Shown here: positions 46,157 through 55,200 of the stretch, piece by piece | Numbering within the stretch: position 1 is the stretch's first letter | Layout of the letters: each line of letters begins with the position of its first letter | Assembly: GCA_046290225.1 (NCBI GenBank) | Contig: JBKAGE010000036.1 | Coordinates: forward strand, 1-64,000 | Reading direction: 5' to 3' | Origin: Bradymonadia bacterium | GTDB taxonomy: Bacteria > Myxococcota_A > Bradymonadia > UBA7976 > UBA1532 | DNA length: 64,000 nt | Position numbers and translations under genes: made by a program | The notes under the pieces: generated by a model | The model's input: only the letters and a program-made list of their open reading frames with translations | Told to the model about the DNA's origin: nothing | The model's database searches: none

Positions 46157-47467
46157 TCAGGGAGCCCCCTCGATGGCATCGGCCTGGCGCTCCAGATCGG
46201 CGGTGCGGTCCTGAAGAGCCCTGGCGGTGCGCTTGAGAGCCCGGCGCTGCGACTCCATCTTCTCGATGTAGTCTGCGAGGGCCTCGGGAGAGAGGTCATC
46301 GACGTCGCCGATGAGCAGCTGGGGATCGAGGCCCTGAGAGAGCGATACCGCGCCACCTTCTGCGCTGTCGAAGCCCCCATTGACCACCACGCCCGTGGTG
46401 CCAGGATCCACGGGGGCAGGGTCGAAATCAGGATCTGCGCCCAAATCATCACCCGTCGGATCACCGGCGCCCTGCTGACCGAAGTCATTGCCACCTTCAC
46501 CCTGAGCGCCAGGCTCAGCAGGCGGAGGGGCCGCCTCGGCCTCGGGCTGGTCGAAGGCCTGATCTCCATCATTGGCTTCCATGGTGGGCGCTTCTTCGGC
46601 CCCACCCCCACCGACGTTGCGGCCATTCGTGTCGTCGCCGACGACAGGGCCCGGGTTGTCGCTGTCGCGCTGGCCTCGTGCTGGGCGAAGGCCCTGAGCA
46701 TCCACCGAGGCCACCCGTCGGTTGCGCTCGTCTTCACCGAAGAGGTTGGAGTCGGTGGCAAAGTCCTGGGCGGCCTGCAACACACGGCGCCGGTCCCGCA
46801 GGGCGCTCAAACGACTCTCCAACGCCTGCAAACGGCCCTGCACCCGCTCCTCGTGATCGCGGGTCTCGTCGGCGAGTTCTCGCAGCTCGTCGGGGCTGGC
46901 ATCTTCCGCACCGTTCAGGGCTGGCAGCTGGACAGCGGGCGACGCACTGGGGGTTGCAGAGGCCAGCACATCCCGGCGGGTCTCGATGAGCCCCTTGAGG
47001 GCCTCAAAATACTGACGCCGTTGCTCAGCGTTTGCGCCAGACATGGCACGCCTCAGGCTCGCGATCTCGCCTTCGACAGCCTCGACCAGGGCAGTGCGGG
47101 TCTGATCGACCACTGCGCGCCGCCGAGCCACCTCACGGTCGAGGACTTGCAGCTGCTCTCCCATGGCCTGGGCGGCCTTCAGCTTGCGATCGAGGGCGCC
47201 TCCACCGACACCGGGCAGCACCTCGACCCGGTTCGCCTTCGCCTCAGCGATCTCTGCGGCGAGGGACTCACTGCGTGTCGCCAGGGCGTCTCGGGCAGCC
47301 GTAGCCTCTTCGAGGGCCTGCTGCGCTGCCTGATGTGCTGAGCGTGCCGACGCCGTCGACGGCGCAGCGGCAGCGGACTGCACGAGCCCGTTGCTCAAAT
47401 CGCTGATGCTCAGGCCGCTGAGGCTCAGAGCAGTCGCGAGCACATATGGGAAGAGGCGTTTCATCAT
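46157..47467 (-). CDS. Secreted coiled-coil hypothetical protein
   Basis: Signal peptide, coiled coils flanking an acidic disordered segment. Confidence 0.78.
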   Translation of the reverse strand: MMKRLFPYVLATALSLSGLSISDLSNGLVQSAAAAPSTASARSAHQAAQQALEEATAARDALATRSESLAAEIAEAKANRVEVLPGVGGGALDRKLKAAQAMGEQLQVLDREVARRRAVVDQTRTALVEAVEGEIASLRRAMSGANAEQRRQYFEALKGLIETRRDVLASATPSASPAVQLPALNGAEDASPDELRELADETRDHEERVQGRLQALESRLSALRDRRRVLQAAQDFATDSNLFGEDERNRRVASVDAQGLRPARGQRDSDNPGPVVGDDTNGRNVGGGGAEEAPTMEANDGDQAFDQPEAEAAPPPAEPGAQGEGGNDFGQQGAGDPTGDDLGADPDFDPAPVDPGTTGVVVNGGFDSAEGGAVSLSQGLDPQLLIGDVDDLSPEALADYIEKMESQRRALKRTARALQDRTADLERQADAIEGAP

Positions 47468-47478
47468 CGGACAGCTAA

Positions 47479-47495
47479 AGCAGACTCCGTGCCAG
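47479..47495 (-). promoter_or_regulatory. sigma54 -24/-12 promoter
   Basis: CTGGCACGGAGTCTGCT (GG-N10-GC); AT-rich IHF-like site at 47556-47568. Confidence 0.65.
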
Positions 47496-47696
47496 ACATG
47501 CGAGGGCTGCGCAAGCCCACAACTGTGTTGATGATGCCTGTGTCACCCGGGTTTTCATCAAAAAACTGAGCACCCGTCCACACGGCTTTTTGAAAATCTG
47601 GCGAGCCGGTACAGTGCCCCACGTCATCGGTGCTCTGCACGTGCAGGATCCTTGGCCGAAGGGGCGGCCCTTCGAGACCCATCGGGAGGGGTAGTT

Positions 47697-48629
47697 TTGG
47701 CCGACTTGGACATTCAGTTCACCCACGATCATCAAGAGGCCTGTCGTCTGCGAGATGCAGGCTACGAGCCCATCGAGTGCGCCTTCGGGCAATACGGCTC
47801 GGTGTTGGGTCCGCTGGCCCTCGATCATCACGGCACCGAGAGCCACCGTGAAGGCGTGGCGCTCAGGGCCTGCCGAGACCATCACGGCGCTCGAGCAGAC
47901 GATCCACGCTTCGTGGTCACCGGCACCCCAGATGCCGACGCCGTGCTCGCCATCGTTGCCCTCGCCGACCTGGTCCCCGAAGGGGCCATCAGCGATCAGT
48001 TCTATACCCTCGTCAATCAACACGACACTGATCCCATCGGTCATGATCTCATGTCCACTGAAGCGGGGCTGGCTCTGGCGTGGTTCAACCAGCGCCCCTC
48101 GATGTCTCAGTCGGCGAAGGGTTTTCGCAAAGCCGTGACCGACATGGTCCGGGTGCTCACCCAGGGCCTCGATGCCGAAGACGAGCGACACATCAGAGGT
48201 TCAGATCGCTCCCGCCGCCGACGGGCCATGGAGGGCATCGTCGCCCTGCTCGACGGCGACGGCTTCGACGTCACAGTGCCTGCCCGTGCTGAAGGCCTGC
48301 CCGTTCGCCGCGGAGACGAGCTGTTCGCCCACGACGGCATGGTGCTGGTGGTGAAGAGCACGGTGTGGGGCTTCGATCAGTGGTACCGCATGGCGCCGTT
48401 GGTGGTGAGCTTCGCCAGCCGACTGCACAAAGTCACTGTCGGCTGCCCCGACGTGGCCACCGCAGAGCGCCTGCTGGGCCCTGGAGGCCTCACCGCTGCA
48501 TGGAAGCTGCTCGGCAAGGGGTGGGGTGGCCGGGAAGCCATCGGTGGCAGCCCCCGTGGGGTTCAGCTCACCCTCGACGACGCCCGCGAGACCGCCCACC
48601 GCCTGTGCCCGCTGGTTGCGCGTCCGTGA
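47697..48629 (+). CDS. DHH-like hypothetical phosphoesterase
   Basis: TTG start after GGAGG; LDHHG, DHHG, PDADAV, GWGGREAIGGSPRG. Confidence 0.65.
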   Translation: MADLDIQFTHDHQEACRLRDAGYEPIECAFGQYGSVLGPLALDHHGTESHREGVALRACRDHHGARADDPRFVVTGTPDADAVLAIVALADLVPEGAISDQFYTLVNQHDTDPIGHDLMSTEAGLALAWFNQRPSMSQSAKGFRKAVTDMVRVLTQGLDAEDERHIRGSDRSRRRRAMEGIVALLDGDGFDVTVPARAEGLPVRRGDELFAHDGMVLVVKSTVWGFDQWYRMAPLVVSFASRLHKVTVGCPDVATAERLLGPGGLTAAWKLLGKGWGGREAIGGSPRGVQLTLDDARETAHRLCPLVARP

Positions 48630-49443
48630 GAGGCGGCTTCTGCATGATGATCAGGTGATTGAACCCCCGCAGGAAGAAGTTCCCCTCTTCTGCAGCGCGG
48701 TGATAGTTCCCCATCTTGAGCGTCTTGTTGTGTCTCACCACGGCGATGTGGTCCACGGGGATGAAGTACTGCAACAGCAAGGCGAGGCAGCGGGTGCCGA
48801 TGGGCACGAAGCCATCTTTCTTGCTGTGGGTGTCGCAGATGTAGACCGCCATGTGACGGCCGGGGTGCAGCACTCGGTGGGTCTCGGCGAAGACCTCGTC
48901 GAGGGCCTCGAAGTAGGCCTCGTCGGTGGCCTTGATCCGGCCGATGCAGTTGGGCTTGTCGCTGTACTTGATGTTGTCGGAGTATGGCGGATCCATAAAG
49001 ACGAAGTGCGCCGTCTCGTCGTCGAGGGGCAGGGCCCGAGCGTCGGCCTCTTCGATGTCGCCGCGGAACGGGTTCACGTCGAAGCCCCGGCCCCGGCGCC
49101 GTAGATCTTTCGCCACGTCGAGGGTGGTGCCCGATCCACAGAACGGGTCGACGACGATCTCCCCCGCCTCGGTGTACCGCTGCAGCAGGTTCCAGATGAC
49201 GTACGACGGCGTCGCGCCGATGTAGCGCTGATCACCCTGCATACCCTCGCCATAGTGCTGGCTCGGGTAGTCCCACAACGTCGTGGTCTGGATCCTCAGC
49301 GGGGGCTTCTTGAAGGCCGGGCGTCGCTTGGGCGGGCCGCTCTGACCAGGCCCCTGCCCCCCCTGACGTCGCGGGCCCTTGCCGCCGCCCTGCCCCCGGC
49401 CGCGGTTCGGCCGCTGTGATCTCGGTGGACGCTCATCGCTCAT
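48568..49443 (-). CDS. SAM-dependent amino-methyltransferase (DPPY; DNA N4/N6- or Trm11-like)
   Basis: VVDPFCGSGTT (motif I) preceding FMDPPY (motif IV); ATGA overlap with the LOG stop. Confidence 0.88.
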   Translation of the reverse strand: MSDERPPRSQRPNRGRGQGGGKGPRRQGGQGPGQSGPPKRRPAFKKPPLRIQTTTLWDYPSQHYGEGMQGDQRYIGATPSYVIWNLLQRYTEAGEIVVDPFCGSGTTLDVAKDLRRRGRGFDVNPFRGDIEEADARALPLDDETAHFVFMDPPYSDNIKYSDKPNCIGRIKATDEAYFEALDEVFAETHRVLHPGRHMAVYICDTHSKKDGFVPIGTRCLALLLQYFIPVDHIAVVRHNKTLKMGNYHRAAEEGNFFLRGFNHLIIMQKPPLTDAQPAGTGGGRSRGRRRG

Positions 49444-50036
49444 GGGCGGCTGATCCACTTCTCGGTTTCGGGGATGGTCACCGTGGCCAGGCCCTGTACG
49501 AGGGCGCCGATCTCATCGGACACCACCATGAGATCACGGTGCATCGGCCGGATGAAGCCCTCATCCGAGGCGTGATGGATGAACTGCACCAGGCCGTCGT
49601 AGAAGCCCTTGAAGTTCAACATGCCCACAGGCTTGAGGTGATAGTTCAGCTGGGCCCAGGTGGTGACCTCGAAGATCTCCTCGAGCGTGCCCCAGCCACC
49701 GGGCAGCGCGATGAAGGCGTCAGAAAGCCGGGCCATCATCGCCTTGCGGGCGTGCATGCCCCGGACGACGTGCAGGTTGTTCCCGAGACCCTCGTGCCCC
49801 ACCTCGAGGTTGAGGATCTTCTCGGGGATCACCCCCTGTACCTCACCTCCGGCCTCGAGGGCGCCATCGGCCACGGCGCCCATGAGGCCTACCCGGCCGC
49901 CGCCGTAGACCAGCCCGATGCCGCTCTCGGCGAGCCACTTGCCCACGGAGCGGGCCATCTCGATGTACGCGGGATCGACATTGTTGCTCGATCCGCAGAA
50001 GACACAGATACGCTTGAAGATACGATGTTCACTCAT
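49440..50036 (-). CDS. LOG family nucleotide 5'-monophosphate nucleosidase
   Basis: ICVFCGS, LVYGGGRVGLMG, MHARK, PGGWGTLEE. Confidence 0.95.
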   Translation of the reverse strand: MSEHRIFKRICVFCGSSNNVDPAYIEMARSVGKWLAESGIGLVYGGGRVGLMGAVADGALEAGGEVQGVIPEKILNLEVGHEGLGNNLHVVRGMHARKAMMARLSDAFIALPGGWGTLEEIFEVTTWAQLNYHLKPVGMLNFKGFYDGLVQFIHHASDEGFIRPMHRDLMVVSDEIGALVQGLATVTIPETEKWISRP

Positions 50037-50208
50037 GGGACGAACCTAACGATCTGCCCCACGACGCACAAGGGCGTGGTGCATACAATACAGACAGAAC
50101 TTGTGCCTGCGTCGAGGCATCAGAGAATGGCCGACACGGTGTCGCGCACTCTGTACTCAGAGGTCCGCTGTCGTGTCGGGGCCTCGCAATCACCTGGAGA
50201 GATGTTCG

Positions 50209-51354
50209 GTGTCCGAGATCACAGTGAAGACCCTCCCCCAGGTGGGCGAGGTGGCCCCGGAAGCCTGGGACGCCCTCGTCGGCGTCGGCGGCTGCCCCTT
50301 CCTCGAGCACGGCTTCTTGTCCAGCCTCGAAGACGCCGGCTGTGTGGGGCCAGGCACCGGGTGGAGCCCTCGCTACATCGCCGCCCGACGGGGTCGCGAT
50401 CTGGTGGGCGCCTTGCCTCTGTTTCGCAAAGACAACGGATACGGCGAGTTCATCTTCGACTGGGGGTGGGCCGATGCCGCTCAGCGGGCGGGGATCCCCT
50501 ACTACCCCAAGATGGTGGTGGCGGCCCCCTTCTCCCCCGTGGCAGGCCCTCGGTTCCTGCTGGCCCCGGGTGAAGGTGAAGCGGTGATGGACGCCCTGCT
50601 TCAAGGGGCGCGCACGGCGGCGGTGCAGGAGCCCGCCACAGGCATTCACTGGCTCTTCATCACCGAGACAGAAGAGGCCTTTTTGCAGAGCCGTGGCTTC
50701 GCCATCCGCCACACCCACCAGTTCCACTGGACCAACGACGGCTACGACGATTTCGACGGCTTCTTGCAGCGTTTCAACAGCAAGCGACGCAACCAGATCA
50801 AGCGAGAGCGCCGCAGAGTGCGTGAGGCCGGGGTCACCACCCAGGTGCTCACGGGTGAGGCCATCACCGAAGATCACATCGACACCATGTGGCGCTACTA
50901 CACCTCCACCGTCGATCAGTACTTCTATGGCCGCCGGTATCTGAACCGTCGAGCCTTCGATCTCATGCATCAGCGTTTCCGCGACCGTATGTTCTTTCTC
51001 ATCGCCGAGCAGGGCGGCGCCCCCATAGGTGGCACCTTCAACGTGGCCAAGGACGGCGCCTTGTACGGCCGCTACTGGGGCACGACGACGCAGATCCCGA
51101 ACCTGCACTTCGAAGTCTGCAGCTATGCCGGCATCGAGGCCGCCATCGAGCGGGGCTTTCACCGCTTCGAAGCGGGCGCTGGCGGCGGAGGCCACAAGTT
51201 CGGCCGGGGGTTCCTCCCCAACATCACCCGCTCAGCCCACGAGATCTTCATCCCTGGCCTCGATGAGGCGATCCGACGCTTTGTTCGACAGGAGAAGTTC
51301 TCGCTGGCCTGCGAGTTGGAGGAGGTCCAGGGGCGGGTGCTCAAACCCCGTTGA
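50209..51354 (+). CDS. FemAB-like GNAT family protein (DUF482 type)
   Basis: PFLEHGFL, GEFIFDWGWA, YYPK, LYGRYWG, LHFEVC, FEAGAGGGHK..RGF. Confidence 0.9.
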   Translation: MSEITVKTLPQVGEVAPEAWDALVGVGGCPFLEHGFLSSLEDAGCVGPGTGWSPRYIAARRGRDLVGALPLFRKDNGYGEFIFDWGWADAAQRAGIPYYPKMVVAAPFSPVAGPRFLLAPGEGEAVMDALLQGARTAAVQEPATGIHWLFITETEEAFLQSRGFAIRHTHQFHWTNDGYDDFDGFLQRFNSKRRNQIKRERRRVREAGVTTQVLTGEAITEDHIDTMWRYYTSTVDQYFYGRRYLNRRAFDLMHQRFRDRMFFLIAEQGGAPIGGTFNVAKDGALYGRYWGTTTQIPNLHFEVCSYAGIEAAIERGFHRFEAGAGGGGHKFGRGFLPNITRSAHEIFIPGLDEAIRRFVRQEKFSLACELEEVQGRVLKPR

Positions 51355-51387
51355 GCGGACGGCCGTGCGCTCAAGGCAGCTCACTGC

Positions 51388-52380
51388 TCAGTTGAGCAGA
51401 TCCTTCACGGTCTCGCGCTCGCCGGAGAGCTCCGCAGCGGTCTTCTCGATGCGGGCCTTGGACTTCTCGTCGATCTCGAGGCCCTGCACGATGTGGTACT
51501 GGCCGTTCTCGTCCACGGTGCAGGGGAAGCTGAAGATCAGCCCCTCAGGCACACCGTAGCTGCCGTCAGAGGGCACGGCCATGCTGACGAACTCACCGTC
51601 GGGGGTGGGGAAGAACCAGTCGTGGATGTGGTTGATGCCTGCCCAGGCAGCGGAGGCCGCGGAGGACTTGCCGCGGGCCTTGATGATGGCCTTGCCGCGG
51701 GTCTGCACCGTCTTCATGAAGTCGTTCTCGAGCCACTCGCCATCGGTGATGACCTCGGTGAGGGCTTTTCCGCCGATCTCGGCGTGGGTGTAGTTCGGGT
51801 ACATCGTGGGGGAGTGGTTGCCCCAGATGGCCAGCTTCTTGATCTCACCCACGGGGGCGCCGCTCTGGATGGCGAGCTGTGCCTTGGCGCGGTTCTGGTC
51901 GAGGCGGGTCATGGCGGTGAAGTTCGCCCGGGGGATCCGCGTGGCCTGGTGCATGGCGATCAGGCAGTTGGTGTTGCAGGGGTTGCCGATGACCACGATC
52001 TTGGCGTTCTCGGACGCCACGGCGTCGATGGCCTTGCCCTGACCCACGAAGATGGGGCCGTTCTCGCGGATGAGATCAGCACGCTCCATGCCGGGGCCAC
52101 GGGGCTTGGAGCCCACGAGCATCACCACGTCGGCGTCTTTGAAGCCCACCATGGGATCATCGGTGCAGATGATGTCCTGCACTAGGGGGTAGGCGCAGTC
52201 GCGCAGCTCCATCTCCACGCCCTTGAGGGCGTCGAGGGCCGGGGTGATCTCGAGCAGCTGCAGGATCACGGGCTGATCGGCGCCGAGCATGTCGCCGTTG
52301 GCGATGGGGAACAGCAGGCTGTAGCCGATGTTGCCGGCGGCGCCGGTCACTGCAACGCGAAGGGGCGTCTTGGTGCTCAT
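51388..52380 (-). CDS. mdh: Malate dehydrogenase (type 2)
   Basis: [54 protein letters not shown]. Confidence 0.97.
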   Translation of the reverse strand: MSTKTPLRVAVTGAAGNIGYSLLFPIANGDMLGADQPVILQLLEITPALDALKGVEMELRDCAYPLVQDIICTDDPMVGFKDADVVMLVGSKPRGPGMERADLIRENGPIFVGQGKAIDAVASENAKIVVIGNPCNTNCLIAMHQATRIPRANFTAMTRLDQNRAKAQLAIQSGAPVGEIKKLAIWGNHSPTMYPNYTHAEIGGKALTEVITDGEWLENDFMKTVQTRGKAIIKARGKSSAASAAWAGINHIHDWFFPTPDGEFVSMAVPSDGSYGVPEGLIFSFPCTVDENGQYHIVQGLEIDEKSKARIEKTAAELSGERETVKDLLN

Positions 52381-52447
52381 GGGATCTCCATGGGTCGGGG
52401 GGTTGTGCGTGCCCCCGCTCACGCATGGGACACTCTGGTTGGGGCGC

Positions 52448-52475
52448 AGTCTACTCAACCAGCCTTGGGTGTCGA
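52448..52475 (-). promoter_or_regulatory. sigma70-type promoter for mdh
   Basis: TCGACA-N16-TAGACT, giving a leader of about 60 nt. Confidence 0.45.
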
Positions 52476-53861
52476 GGGGGTTGGCGTTTTCAGGGCCACG
52501 ATCTCGAAACCGATGGCGAGCAGGAGCGCCACGGCGGTGAGCCCTGCAGTGAGACCCCACCACAGACCACGGGGGCCCTCTGTGGTGCCGTAGGCCAGCC
52601 ACATGGCCAGCGGAAACCCTACGGCCCAGTGGCCCACGAGGTTCATGATCATGGGCGCTCGGGTGCGTCCGAGACCTCGCCACGCCCCGGCGCCTACGGC
52701 CTGCAATCCATCGCTCACCTGAAACAACGCCGCCACGTGCAGCAGCGGGATGGCCACCTGGACCACATGACCCTTGTCGGTGAGCAGCCAGGCCAGCGGC
52801 TCGGCGAAGGTCCAGAACATCAGGCCGTTGCACCCCATGAACACCGCAGCCGCTCCGAGGCCGGCACGGCCAGCAGCGCGGGCGCGCCGCAGATCCCCCT
52901 CCCCCACAGCCTGACCCACCATGGCCGAAGTGGCCCCGGACAAACCCATACAGATGGTGAAGGTGAAGCTGGCCAGCATGAGCGCCACATGATGACCGCT
53001 GGTGACCACTGGACCGAACCGCCCCATGAGCACGGTGACGCCGGCGAAGATGCCCACCTCGGCGCCGAGCTGCAGCCCGATGGGCCACCCCATGCGGAAG
53101 ACCTCGGCCACCTCCCCTGGGGCCGGTGGCAGCGCCCCACCGCCGATGGCCTTCACCGAGCGATGCATGATCCAGAGCTGAAGCAGTGACGAGGCAGTAG
53201 ATGCCAGCCCCACACCGGCGACGCCGAGCCCGGCGCCGATGTGTCCGAGCCCCAAAGCCCCTGCCTGCTCTGGCGTGAAGGCCAGATAGACGCTCATGGG
53301 TACATTGATGAGGTTGGCGCCGATGGTGGCCACGAGGACCGGGCGGCCGTGGCCCATGGACTGAGCCATCCCTCGACCAGAGATGTACATGAAGAGGGGC
53401 AGCAAACCCACGCAACGGGTGACGAGGTACACCCCACATTCCTGAATCGAAGCAGGATCTACACCGATCGGGTGCAGCAGCCACCAGGCCAGGGCCAGCA
53501 ACGCCGTAAGGGGCAGGCTCATCAAGCGGCTGAGCTTGAGCGCCGCCCCATATACCCTCCGGGCCCGGGTGAGATCACCAGCACCGACGCCCTGAGACGC
53601 CAGTGGGTCCATGCCACCGAGCACACCCATGCCCAGCACCATCGTCCCTGCAAAGAGACCTCCGGCGAGGCTGGTGCCTGCCATGGCTTCGGCGCTGATG
53701 CGCCCCACCACCGCAGCATCGACGACGCTCATCAGCTGTTGACCTGCGTAGGCCACCACGAGGGGGCCGGCGAGCTTGAGCACTGCAAAAAGAGGGGCAT
53801 CGGGGCCCTGGCGACCCAGCGTAATCAAGGTTTCACCTCTAACAGCCGATGACTGTGACAC
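52455..53861 (-). CDS. MATE family efflux transporter (NorM-like)
   Basis: About 12 TMs; [36 protein letters not shown]; true start probably 53828 or 53783. Confidence 0.92.
   Translation of the reverse strand: MSQSSAVRGETLITLGRQGPDAPLFAVLKLAGPLVVAYAGQQLMSVVDAAVVGRISAEAMAGTSLAGGLFAGTMVLGMGVLGGMDPLASQGVGAGDLTRARRVYGAALKLSRLMSLPLTALLALAWWLLHPIGVDPASIQECGVYLVTRCVGLLPLFMYISGRGMAQSMGHGRPVLVATIGANLINVPMSVYLAFTPEQAGALGLGHIGAGLGVAGVGLASTASSLLQLWIMHRSVKAIGGGALPPAPGEVAEVFRMGWPIGLQLGAEVGIFAGVTVLMGRFGPVVTSGHHVALMLASFTFTICMGLSGATSAMVGQAVGEGDLRRARAAGRAGLGAAAVFMGCNGLMFWTFAEPLAWLLTDKGHVVQVAIPLLHVAALFQVSDGLQAVGAGAWRGLGRTRAPMIMNLVGHWAVGFPLAMWLAYGTTEGPRGLWWGLTAGLTAVALLLAIGFEIVALKTPTPSTPKAG
53825..53852 (+). 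promoter_or_regulatory. sigma28 (FliA)-like promoter
   Basis: TCAAGGTTT-N11-GCCGATGA upstream of the diguanylate cyclase. Confidence 0.65.
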
Positions 53862-53955
53862 GCCCCCGTCTACCGGTCCTATGGGTCGGGTTCAAGCGGG
53901 GTTTGTTCGCGCAGCGCCTGAGCAGGTCTCAGGCTGATCGACTGCAGAGGGGTCC

Positions 53956-55005
53956 ATGCACCAGGAGCAACAGCGATCACCGGCAACGTTGGAGGCCCGG
54001 TCCACCAATGCGCTCGGCTCTCAGGCCAGCGAAGCCGAGGCCCACAACTTCATCAAATCGATCGCCCACACCCTCAAAGTGTTGGTGGCCGAAGATGATC
54101 GCATCACCCGTCGTATCCTCACTCGAACGGTGGAACAGCTCGGCCATGAGTGCGTCGCAGTCTCGGACGGCGAGAGCGCACTGGCCATTTTCGAAGAGCG
54201 CCCCTTCAACGTGATCATCAGCGACTGGATGATGCCGGGTATGGACGGCAAAGAACTGTGCCGCCAGATCAGATCGCGACAAGGCTACACCTATTTCATC
54301 CTGCTCACTGCCCTCGACGACCATCAGTATCGCCTCGAGGGTATGCGGGCCGGCGCCGATGACTTCTTGACCAAGCCTCTGAACCGGGATGATCTCGAAG
54401 CGCGCCTGATCGCCGCTCAACGGGTCACTCAACTGCACGCGCAGATCGCGGAGCAGAAGGCTGAGCTCGACAAGCTCAATGCCAAACTCTTCGAGGATGG
54501 GCGCCGAGATCGACTCACGGGCGTGGGCAATCGACTCAAGATGGACGAGCGCATCGAATCTCTCGAAGCGCAACTCACCGAGACCACCATTCCCTTGTGT
54601 GTGGCTCTGGTAGACATCGATTGCTTCAAAAGCTTCAACGACACCGCAGGTCATATGGCAGGGGATCGTGCTCTGGCGGCGGTGGCTCAGTCTCTCGAAC
54701 GTGAGAGCCGACGCAGCGACGCCATCTATCGCTTCGGCGGTGAAGAGTTCGTCATCTTCCTGCCCGAGCTGACGCTCGACGAAGCAGAGAAAGTGCTCGA
54801 GCGAGTCAGAGAAGCTGTTCAGGGTCTCAAGATCCACCACCCGGGCACGAGCCCCTTCGGCGTGGTCACCATCAGCATTGGTGCAGCAGCCGTAGCCCCA
54901 GATGGCCCTGGATGCATCCTGTCGGCCATCAAACGCGCCGACAAAGCCCTCTACGCCTCGAAAGACGGCGGCCGAAATCGTGTATCGGTGAGCGAAGGCT
55001 CATAA
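53956..55005 (+). CDS. Response-regulator diguanylate cyclase (REC-GGDEF)
   Basis: VLVAEDD, SDWMMP, DFLTKP; DRLTG, RRSD I-site, GGEEF. Confidence 0.95.
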   Translation: MHQEQQRSPATLEARSTNALGSQASEAEAHNFIKSIAHTLKVLVAEDDRITRRILTRTVEQLGHECVAVSDGESALAIFEERPFNVIISDWMMPGMDGKELCRQIRSRQGYTYFILLTALDDHQYRLEGMRAGADDFLTKPLNRDDLEARLIAAQRVTQLHAQIAEQKAELDKLNAKLFEDGRRDRLTGVGNRLKMDERIESLEAQLTETTIPLCVALVDIDCFKSFNDTAGHMAGDRALAAVAQSLERESRRSDAIYRFGGEEFVIFLPELTLDEAEKVLERVREAVQGLKIHHPGTSPFGVVTISIGAAAVAPDGPGCILSAIKRADKALYASKDGGRNRVSVSEGS

Positions 55006-55041
55006 AAAACGGGGTCATCTAAAAAACTCCGCCTCGGGCAC

Positions 55042-55069
55042 TCAATGTCAGGCGGGTTTCAGCCGAAAA
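55042..55069 (+). promoter_or_regulatory. sigma28 (FliA)-like promoter
   Basis: TCAA-N16-GCCGAAAA upstream of cheA; same spacing as the 53825 site. Confidence 0.55.
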
Positions 55070-55200
55070 CATGAATGACTGCTTGACAAACATGAGTATT
55101 TTCATCGAGCAGACCTGAACTTTTATTCACACGACACTGCTGAATCCAGAAGGAGTGCTGGTTCGAGCGGTGGGGTGTATCAGCCGGTGGGACAGAGCCC

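Noticed and set aside
48568..48629. RG-rich C-terminal tail of the methyltransferase as a functional motif
   Set aside because: Encoded in a 62-bp convergent overlap, so probably a by-product of the opposite gene
52381..53484. Apparent 368-aa N-terminal extension of Mdh
   Set aside because: Alternative frame of the MATE gene; mdh starts at 52380 with its own RBS
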